NCBI RefSeq assembly: GCF_964213995.1 | Contig: NC_135808.1 | Location: 23,312,001 to 23,376,000, forward strand | DNA: 64,000 nucleotides | Origin: Mustelus asterias | Taxonomy: Eukaryota | Direction of reading: 5' to 3' | Part shown: piece by piece, positions 14,580 through 25,700 of the stretch | Layout: each line of letters starts with the position of its first letter | How positions within the stretch are numbered: the stretch's first letter is position 1 | The notes under the pieces: model-generated | What the model was told of the DNA's origin: nothing | Seen by the model: the letters and a program-made list of their open reading frames with translations, nothing else | Databases searched by the model: none | Made by a program: the position numbers and the translations under genes

Positions 14580-16155
14580 TGTTCAGCCTCTCAGTTGCAG
14601 TCCAGTAATAAAAGATGATGCAAGTCCCACTTCTTCACAAACTCACTTTATTCTCTTTTACAACTCCACATACATCCCCAACACCCAGTGCCACCTGTAA
14701 CCCCTTTATATATCCCGGCAAGTCTATTAAACAATTAACATACAAATCTGGTCTAAAGTAGAAGGTTGCAGTTAGCCTTTCCGAACACAGTCCCCTTCCT
14801 CGACAGAAAACACAAAGAACATTGTATTACCACATCCCCATTTTTTAAATTTATACAAAGATATGACCTTCTTTGACAATGTCCAAAGGTTTCTTTGAAC
14901 TTGCCCCTCTTTTTCTAAAGCAATCGGAGAATTGATAACTACTATCAACCTTTTTATCTTTTGATATTTCATCATTGTCCAACATTTGCCTTAAGCTATG
15001 TCTATTCGTAACTTTTTCTCATTTACACTCTTTGTGGAGTGCAAACTTCCCCAAAGTGCTTATTGTCAATGTGACACTCAAATGGGTATTTTACCTAAAT
15101 CCTCTAACCCCAAAATCTCTGTCAGTATCTGGGATATGAAAGAAGCCATATCCACTGCCTCTACACGGCGCAATGTCTCAGCGGCCAATGTGCTCTTTAC
15201 CACTCTCCTTATTTTCTTTGTTTCCCATACAAGAAGGCAACATTTACCATTTTCCCCCAAGAAAGATTGTAAAACCTCCTGCACTTGAAAACCCATCACG
15301 CAAATTGGCGTAGGATGCATTATTATAAACTGTGAGTTTCAGGTGCCTAAGATCACCCAAAAAAGGGAACCTCAAAACACACTCCTACATTTTTAGTTTG
15401 ACCAACATTTTGTTTGCTCTCATTATGTCTTCCACCCGAGGACATCAAAATTACCGTCCAGTCTGGTCTGCCGAGCCAATTCAGTTCACCAATCAAACTT
15501 TGCTGTCCCTCCTTTTCCATTTTAAAAACCACTGCGTCCTTTTGTGAAGCCCGAACGTGAATAATTGCTCCTGGGCTGAGACTCTCCAAATAAGATTGCT
15601 GACGTAAAGTGACACCTGACTCATCTGTCCAATTTCCAGCCCAATATATTTGAAAGCCCCTGAAGCCGGACTTCCAATCCTGAATTCCTTCCTCAGCCCA
15701 GAAATCACAATGATTTCAAAATCACTGCTACCACTCCACAAAAAATCATCGGTGTGCATCACAAAGAGACCAGAATGTTTTCCTTCATGGTGCCAGGATC
15801 TGGTTTCAACTGGCAACAGCCTAACTTTAACAAAACTCCGACCTTACCAAAAAGTACCAAACTCTAGATGCATCATTTAGTCCATATCCACATTTATTTA
15901 ACTTCCAGGATACCCATTCTGTGTTAGCTGCCTCTTTAGGATGGAGAAAAATGCCTCTGAAGCTGATGCCCCTGCAAAAAGGTAGCTTTAATATCGATAG
16001 ATTTGCATTCCCAGGCCTTTGTAGCTAACAGCCAAGATGATCTTTAAAATACCCTTTCCTGCCATGGGTGAATACACCCTGACATCCTGGTCTCCTAAAT
16101 TTTCTTCAGATCCCCTTGCCACAAGCCTGGCCTTTGCCTTGTAGGTTCCATCAAG
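14580..16155 (-). mobile_element. Ty1/Copia-type LTR retrotransposon fragment (degenerate RT-RNase H, PPT, 3' LTR 14580-14834)
   Basis: Minus-strand peptides LFVMHTDDFLWSG and WETKKIRRVVKSTLAAETL; purine tract AAAAAATGGGGA then TGTGG...TGAACA with TATA and AATAAA; absent from copy B. Confidence 0.8.
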
Positions 16156-16740
16156 AAGCATCATCACCAGCTAAATCCATCAGACCTCCAAACACCAGCA
16201 AAACCCATCAGACCCCAAACACCAGCAAAACCCATCAGACCCCCAAACACCAGCAAGTCCCTCAGAGCCCCAAACACCAGCTAAACCCATCAGACCCCCA
16301 AACACCAGCAAAGCTTATAAGTTCTACTCCACACCCCAAACATTCAGAAAATGATCAGACTCATCACAAAACACGACTGATGTTAAATCCTGTGGGAATG
16401 ACAGACCCCAGTGGCCAACTTCAGGGAAAACTCTGGGAATTCTGACTTCCTTAAGGAAATTGAGCAGCTTAGCGGAGGCTGTCCAGGGTGAGATGTTTCC
16501 GGATGTCTCGACACCTCAACACCCACAATGTCTCCACCCTCAGACTGTACAGGAGCAGCCGTCTCCAGAAGGCCAGTCTCAAAACTCAGTGTTGGATTGG
16601 ATGAGCTGCTCTTTAGTGACGATACAGCGAGAGACAGACACTGAGCTCACATCCCACCCACCAGATTGTACAGTTAAATCCAGCAGGAATATCCCAGTTA
16701 GAAGGATCAGCTCCCAATATTTATCAACACAGTTCATACC

Positions 16741-16787
16741 TCAGGAACGCGATGAGGAGCTGGATGAGGAATCCCCACCATCAGAAG
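16741..16787 (-). CDS. Gene A exon 7, cytoplasmic TSDGGDSSSSSSSRS-stop
   Basis: ctttaacag| acceptor; Ser-rich tail; TGA at 16741-16743 followed by G|gtatga (probable 3' UTR intron). Confidence 0.82.
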
Positions 16788-19700
16788 CTGTTAAAGGAAG
16801 GAGAGGTTTTTTAAAAATGTTCATTTCCACAGAGACAGAGACTGTGGATTTGAGAATGAGAGAGACAAAGAGAGACACAGAGAAAGAAAGAGGTTCTCAC
16901 ACACATACTGACGGTGACACACAGAAATACACACACACACACACACACACACACACGGTGTTTGATGATCAGCTTACTATTTGTAGGATTGTAGTCGTTC
17001 TTCCCTCTCCCTGTAAAACATGGAATGTTCAGTGAGTGACGAGACTGAGAGAAAATCAGAGACAGAGGCTGGAACTCTCGCTCGCACTGAGCCCCGACAA
17101 CACAATTCTGAAATCCTCACTCTCAGCCTGACCGGGACCCTCACTCCCACCCTGACCCTGGACCCTCACTCTGACCTGAGCCCCTCACAGATATCCTGAA
17201 CTCCATCCGCAATCTGAGACCCTTCCCACAATTCTCAGACACTCTCCCTTTATCTTGAGCCCCTTATCCTCCCTATCCCAACCCTGGGGCTCTTCCACCC
17301 ACTCTGTGACCCCCCCCACACCAACCTGAGACCCACAGCCTGAGCCACCCCCACCCTGGAATACTCTCCCACAATCCCTCCCCCCAGTGAGGAGCTGCTA
17401 TTTTCCCTCCAATTCCTACCTTTCTTGTTGTAGATGACAACAGCCACAATGATGAGAGCGATGAGCACGAGGACCCCGACCACAATCCCGACAGTAAGAG
17501 CAACCTGGGAGCGAGACTTTGGTTCTGTTAGAGAGAGAGAGAATCAGAGAGACTGAGTGAATCAGGGAGAGGGAAAAGTGAGAATCAGAGTGAGAGAATG
17601 GGAGAGAGTGGGAGAGAATGAGAGAGAGAGAGAGAGGGCTAGCATCTAAGAGTGAATGAGGGAGTGAATGAGAGATAGAAAAAGGTCAGAGAGTGAGAAT
17701 GAGAGAGTGAATCAGGGAGAAAGAAAGAGAAATGTAAGAGTGAGAATGAGAGAGGAAGAAAGAGAAATGAGAGAGTGAATCAGAGGGAGAGAGTGAATCA
17801 GGAAACACAGGATATACGACACAGAAACCGGCCATTCGGCCCATCCAGTTGATAGTGGTGTTAATGTTCTACTTGAGCCTCCTCCCATCTTTTTTTCTCA
17901 TCTAATTCGACCATTTCAACTCTATTCCCCTCTCCCTCATTTGCTTGTCTATCCTCCCCTTAAACTATACTGTTCAGTTCAGCCACTCCCTGTGGCAGCG
18001 AGCTCCACATTCTCATCACTCTTTGGGTGAAGAAGTTTCTCATGAATTCCCCATTGGGTTTCTTGTATTGATGGCCACTGGATATGCTCTTCCCACAAGA
18101 GGAACACTCTCGATGTGTCCGCTCGATAAAAAACCTTTCATAATTTTAAACTCCTCGATTCAATCAACCCTCAGCCTTCTGTTTTCCCGAGAGCAGAGAC
18201 CCAGCCAGTCAATCCTTTCCTGAGATGTCCACCTACTTATTTCTGGAATCATCTCTGTAAATCTTCTCTCCACTCTCTCCCCTGACTCTATATCCTTTGT
18301 ATGAAATGGTGACCGGAACTGCACACGGTCTTTAAATGTGGTCTAACCAAGGTTTGGCAATAACGTCCCTGCTTTACAATTCTATTCCTCGAGAAATCAA
18401 ACCTGGTTTTCGATTGTATTTTGTTTATTGTCTAACCTGTAACTCTATGTTTACTGATTGGTGTATTTGTCCATCAAGATCCCTTTGTTCCTCAACCCTC
18501 CCTATTCATCGTTAACTGAAAAATACCTCACGTTTATCTGTGCTGAACTTTATTCACCAACTATTTGCTGAAGTTTATTCATGTCCTATTAATTTATTCC
18601 AGTTCTCCTCAAAATCAAATAATTCCCCCAATTTGGTGTTATCTGCAAATTAAGAAATTGTATTTTTGATTCCAATATCCAAGTTATGGAGTGTAAGTTG
18701 TGAATAGCAGTGATCTCAACACTGATCCTTGTGGAATGATGGAGGAACCCAGCACATCAGTGCAAAAGATAAAGCCGAAGTATTCACAGCAATCTTCAGC
18801 CTGAAGTGCCGAGTGGATGATCCATCTCGGCCTCCTCCAGTGGTCCCCAGCATCTCAGATACCAGTCTCCAGATCATTCGATTCACTTCACGTGATATCA
18901 AGAAACGGTTGGAGGCACTGGATACTGCAAAGGCAATGGGCCCTGATAACATTCCACCAATAGCATTGAAGACTTGTGCTCCACAACTTGCCGACCCCCA
19001 AGCCAAGCTCTTCCAGTACAGTTACAACACTGGCATCTACCCAACAATGTGGAAAATTGCCCAGGTTATGCCCTGTACACAAAAAGCAGGACAAATCCAA
19101 CCCGGCCAATTACCGCCCAATCAGTCTACTATCGATCACCAGTAAAGTGATGGAAGGGGTCATCGACAGTGCTATCATACAGCACCTGCTCAGCGACGCC
19201 CAGTTTAGGTTTTGCCAGGGTCACTCAGCTCCTGACCTCATTGCAGCCTTGGTTCAAACATGGACAAAAGAGCTGAATTCCAGAGGTGAGGTGAGAGTGA
19301 CAGCCCTTGACATCCAGGCCAAATTTGACCGAGTGTGGATCAAGGAGCCCTAGCAAAACTGGAATCAGTGGGTATCAAGGGGCAAACTCTCCGCTGGTTG
19401 GAGTCAGACCTGGTACATAGGAAGATGGTTGTGGTTGTGGAGGGTCAGTCACCTCAGCTCCACGACATCTCTGCAGGAGTCCCTCAGGTAGTGTCCTCGG
19501 CCCAATAATCTTCAGCTGCTTCATCAATGACCTTCCCTCCATCAATAGGTCGGAAGTGGGGATGTTCGCCGATGATTGCACAATGTTCAGCACCATTCAC
19601 GACTCCTCAGATACTGAAGCAGTCCATGTTCAAATGCAGCAAGATCTGGACAATATCCAGGCTTGGGCTGACAAGTGGCAAATAACATTCGTGATGGAAT

Positions 19701-22700
19701 ACTCCCCTCTTGCCTGGATGGGTGCAGCTCCAACAACACTCAAGAAGCTCGAAACCATCCAGGACAAAGCAGCCCGCTTGATTGGCACCACATCTATAAA
19801 TATTCAATCTGTCTCCCACCGACGCTCAGTAGCAGCAGTGTGTACTATCTACAAGATGCACTGCAGCAATTCACTGATGATCCTGAGACAGCACCTTCCA
19901 AACACACAATCACTTCCATCTAGAAGGACAAGGACAGCAGATAAATGGGAAGATCACCACCTGCAAGTTCCCCTCCAAGCCACTCACCATCCTGACTTGC
20001 AAATATATCACCGTTCCTTCGAGGTCACTGGGTCAAAATACTAGAATTCCCTCCCTAACAGCATTGTCACCACCACCTTCTCAAGGGCAACGAGGCATCG
20101 GCAATAAATGCTGGTCACCCAGCGACACCCATGTCCCACGAATGAATTTAAAAAAACACATTTTCCACTTTCTGTCACTCCGAATAACTCCCTTTACTCA
20201 CACTCTCTGCTTTCTGTCCAAAAGTCAGTGAGTGATCCATTCTGTCACTCATCCCCTAACTCCACATGCTTTGACCTTGTCAATCAGTCCATCACGAACA
20301 CCCTTTTCTATTACATTTGAAAAATTATATGATATTATATCTATTACATTACCATTGTCTATTCCCTCTGTTACATCCTCAATTGTGTGCAGTTCTGGTC
20401 ACCTGGATGTGGAAGCGCTGGAAAGAGTGCAGAGGAGATTTACCAGGATGCTGCCTGGTTTGGAGGGTAGATCTTATGAGGAAAGGTTGAGGGAGCTAGG
20501 GCTGTTCTCTCTGGAGCGGAGGAGGCTGAGGGGAGACTTAATAGAGGTTTATAAAATGATGAAGGGGATAGATAGAGTGAACGTTCAAATACTATTTCCT
20601 TGGGTGGATGGAGCTATTACAAGGGGGCATAACTATAGGGTTCATGGTGGGAGATATAGGAAGGATATCAGAGGTAGGTTCTTCACGCAGAGAGTGGTTG
20701 GGGTGTGGAATGGACTGCCTGCAGTGATAATGGAGTCAGACACTTTAGGAACATTTAAGCGGTTATTGGATAGGCACATGGAGCACACCAGAATGATAGG
20801 GAGTGGGATAGCTTGATCTTGGTTTCAGATAAAGCTCGGCACAACATCGTGGGCCGAAGGGCCTGTTCTGTGCTGTACTGTTCTATGTTCTAAAAATCCA
20901 CTTAGTGGAGGAAAACAAGATTTTCCATTTCAAAATCTGTGCTGAATATTCATTGTTATAGGATTTGATTCTAGATTTTCATGAATTGTCTCCAATAGAA
21001 GGAATTCCATTATTTTTCTGAATATTGATCTTAATCTGACTGACATAAACTTCCAGGATGCACTGGGTCCTGTCCTACTGTAATATTTGATTTATTGTCA
21101 CATGTATTGGTATACAGTGAAAAGTATTGTTTCTTGGAGATACTGGGCCCTGTCTATCCTCTATCCAAGTGGAGAGGATCTCCAAGAAGATCACGCATAT
21201 CGACACAGACATCAAGTTTCTACAAACATGCAAGAAAGCAGACAAGATACCGAAAGGACTACGGATCACGAACCCACTCAGGTCAACCTTTAACACGGAC
21301 TACGCTGAGAGACTGTGCCGTCGCACCTCTCTCACCCTCCTCAAACACCTCATACACCAACTCTCCAGCAAACGCCGCAGCCTGGAAACCAAGATCAAAT
21401 CCATAGTCTCAGCTTGCGCTCAGGACGCAGACCAGCTGCGAAACTCTGCCAAGCAGATGAGACAAAGGAACTACACCATCTACATGCACACCAAGAACAG
21501 GAAACTTGAGAAACTCGGCATCACCACCAGCAGCAACCAAGCCTCCCCCGGTACCACAGTAGAAAACAGTGCCACTGCAGGAAAGTCCATTGTCAACCTA
21601 TCGGACTACACACTTCAGCCAGATGAAATCGAAGTTCTCAGCCAAGGGCTCAACTTTTGCCCCACTACCAAAATAGACCCCATCAGTCTCGCAGCAGACA
21701 CAGAGGAATTCATCAGGCGACTGAGGCTGCGGGAGTTCTTCCACAAACCCCAAGAGGCCAACAGCGAACATAATGAGACAGCTAATGAACCGGAACAGCA
21801 GACAGAGAGACCCGCAGTGCAACTGAAGAGGAAAGAGTCGAATTGGACTCCTCCGGAAGGCCGCTGCCCTCGACTTGACATGTATGCCCAAGCCATCAGG
21901 AGGTGCGTCAACACCAAATTCATCAGCCGCACTCACAGGACAGCACCGAACATCACCCAAGCACAACGCAACGCCATCCACGCTCTCACGACCAACCGCA
22001 ACATTGTCATCAAACCAGCAGACAAAGGAGGGGCCATCGTCATACTGAACAGAACGGATTACTGCAAAGAAGTGTACCGACAACTGAACAACGAGGAACA
22101 CTACAGACAGTTACCCACAGATCCGACCAAAGAACACACCCGTCAACTCAACACTCTGATCAAAACCTTTGATCCAGACCTTCAGAGCACCCTCCGTGCT
22201 CTCATCCCACGTACTCCACGCGTTGGAGATCTCTACTGCCTCCCAAAAATACACAAGGCAAACACACCCGGCCATCCCATCGTTTCAGGAAACGGAACCC
22301 TGTGCGAGAACCTCTCCGGCTATGTCGAGGGCATCTTGAAACCCATTGTACAAAGAACCCCCAGCTTTTGTCGCGACACTACGGACTTCCTACAGAAACT
22401 CAACACACATGGAGCAGTTGAACCAGGAGCACTCCTCGTCACAATGGATGTCTCGGCACTCTACACCAGCATCCCCCACGATGGTGGCATTGCTGCAACG
22501 GCCTCAGTACTCAATGCCGTCAACTGCCAGTTTCCAGATGCAATTTTACAACTCATCCGTTTCATCCTGGATCACAATATCTTCACCTTCAACAACCAGT
22601 TCTTCATCCAGACACACGGAACAGCCATGGGACAAAATTCGCACCTCAATATGCCAACATCTTCATGCACAGGTTCGAACAAGACTTCTTCACCGCACAG

Positions 22701-25700
22701 GACATTCAACCGATGCTATACACTAGATACATTGATGACATTTTCTTCCTTTGGAGTCATGGTGAGCAATCACTGAAACAACTATATGATGACATCAACA
22801 AGTTCCATCCCACCATCAGACTCACCATGGACTACTCTCCGGAATCGGTTGCATTCTTGGACACACGCATCTCCATTAAGGACGGTCACCTCAGCACCTC
22901 ACTGTACCGCAAGCCCACGGATAACCTCATGATGCTCCACTTCTCCAGCTTCCACCCTAAACACGTAAAAGAAGCCATCCCCTACGGACAAGCCCTCCGA
23001 ATACACAGGATCTGCTCGGACAAGGAGGATTACAACAGACACCTCCAGACGCTGAAAGATGCCCTCATAAGAACAGGATATGGCGCTCGACTCATCGATC
23101 AACAGTTCCAACGCGCCACAGCGAAAAACCGCACCGACCTCCTCAGAAGACAAACACGGGACACGGTGGACAGAGTACCCTTCGTCGTCCAGTACTTCCC
23201 TGGAGCGGAGAAGCTACGGCATCTCCTCCGGAACCTTCAACATGTCATTGATGAAGACGAACATCTCGCCAAGGCCATCCCCACACCCCCACTTCTTGCC
23301 TTCAAACAACCACGCAACCTCAAACAGACCGTTGTCTGCAGTAAACTACCCAGCCTTCAGGAGAACAGTGACCACGACACCACACAACCCTGCCACAGCA
23401 ACCTCTGCAAGACGTGCCGGATCATCAACACGGATGCCATCATCTCACGTGAGAACACCATCTACCAGGTACACGGTACCTACTCTTGCAACTCAGCCAA
23501 CGTTGTCTACCTGATACGCTGCAAGAAAGGATGTCCCGAGGCATGGTACATTGGGGAAACCATGCAGACGCTACGACAACGGATGAATGAACATCGCTCG
23601 ACAATCACCAGGCAAGACTGTTCTCTTCCTGTGGGGGAGCACTTCAGCAGTCACGGGCATTCAGCCTTGGGTCTTCAGGTAAGCGTTCTCCAAGGCGGCC
23701 TTCACGACACACGACAGCGCAGAGTCGCTGAGCAGAAACTGATAGCCAAGTTCCGCACACATGAGGACGGCCTAAACCAGGATGTTGGATTTATGTCACA
23801 TTATCAGTAACCCCCACAGCTTGCCTCCTGGACTTGCAGAATTTCACAAGCTGTTCTGTCTGGAGACAATACACATCTCTTTAACCTGTGTTGAATGCTC
23901 CCTCCACCCACATTGTCTGTACATTTAAGACCTGGCTGGCTGTAGAGATTTGCATTCTAATCAGTATTATGTAATTTGATTTCTGTGTCTGTGCTCTGTT
24001 TGAGAACAGATATCCACTCCATCTGACGAAGGAGCTCTGCTCCGAAAGCTTATGGTATTTGCTACCAAATAAACCTGTTGGACTTTAACCTGGTGTTGTG
24101 AGACTTCTTACTGTGCTTATCCTCTAATATCCCAGGCACATCATGCCCTTCCTCCTGTAACATCCCAGGATACACCAGGCCCTGTCTACCCTCTAATATC
24201 CCTGGCACACTGGGCCCTACCTCCTGTAATATCCTATGTTACCCTGGGTCATCGCATACAGTAATATCCCAGGATACACCAGGCCCTGTAAGGCTGCAAT
24301 ATCTCAGGATACACTAGGATTTGTCCTTTTATAATATCCCAGGATACACTGCATTCTGTATTACTGCAGTATCCCAGGATACACTCGGTCCTGTCAGGCT
24401 GCAATATCCCACATACACTGGGCCCCACCATACTGTAATATCCCAGAACACCCCACGTCCAGATTACTCTAATGTCCAATGATGCACCAGGCCCTGTGCG
24501 ACTGTAATATCCCATGGTACACTATATCATGTTGTACTGTAATATCCCAGGATACACCAGGCCCTGTTATACTGTCCTATCCCAGGATACTCTGGGCTCT
24601 GTCATACTGTAATCCCAGGATACACTGCTTCCCGTGCGACAATAATATCCCAAAATGCACTGGGTCTTGTCGTACAATAATATCCCTGGACACACTGGGC
24701 TCTGTCATACTCTAATATCCCAATTAAACCAGGCCCTTGTGTATAGTAACATCCGAGGATACACTTGGCCTTGTCCCTACTGTAATATCGCAGGATACAC
24801 TGGGCCCTGACCAATTAAAGGATCTCATGATACACAGCACCCTGTCCCACTGTAATGTCCAATAACGCAATGGGTCCTGTACTCCCAGTTATTTCCCAGG
24901 ATGCACCAGGCCTTGTCATGCTGTAATATCCCAAGGTACACCTGGCCTTATCCATCCTGTAATATCCCACAAGACACTGGATCCAGTTGCACTATAATAC
25001 GGCAGGATACAGTGGGGTATGTTTCATGTCAAATCCATGGACACACAATTATTTCCCTCTAAAGGTGGTGCCATGATATATAACACATTGAAGGTTAATA
25101 TTTATTTTCCTCTCTGTATCCCGGGCCTCAGGCTGTCCTGGGCTGACAGCTCAGCACTGACCCTCCCTCCTATGATCCTGGTCTGAGGCTGGGTCCTCTC
25201 TAACAGTGAGAAACAGTCTTACCGTAAATCACCACCAGTGTCTCCTTCATCCCGCTGTGTTCCACCCGACAGGAATACTCGGCCTGGTCCTCTGGATCAA
25301 ACTCTACCCATTTCCGGATCTGGTAGGTGCTGTCGGGATTGGGTAAGATCCCAGTGGACAGAGTCTCATCAATCACCACTCCGTCTCTCCACAGATTCAC
25401 CTCTATGGCTTGAGGGTAAAACCCGGTGACGGCACAGGACAGCCGGTTAGAATCACCCAGACGGGTAAAGGACACGACGGGGGCAACTGAGAGAGAAAGA
25501 AAGAGGAGTCAGTACAGGAACCTCGAGATAGAGAGTCCCGGCATCACCCCCTTCACCGACTCTCACTCCCCCCTCACTCACCGACTCTCACTCCCCCCTC
25601 ACTCACCGACTCTCACTCACCCCTCACTCACCGACTCTCACTCCCCGACTCTCACTCCCCCCTCACTCACCGACTCTCACTCCCCCCTCACTCACCGACT

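Larger units (their letters stand above)
1..16465 (+). repeat. Segmental duplication block, copy A (paralog of 32904-45993)
   Basis: Colinear near-identical sequence, e.g. 1 vs 32904, 6369 vs 38364, 9125 vs 40781, 11413 vs 43066; matching ORF-track translations. Confidence 0.95.

Noticed and set aside
16460-17035. 191-aa plus-strand ORF
   Set aside because: Antisense to the last MHC exons and runs through (CA)n; no recognisable domain.
24120-25020. Regularly spaced repeats resembling a CRISPR array
   Set aside because: Eukaryotic context, no unique spacers, no cas genes; a degenerate minisatellite.
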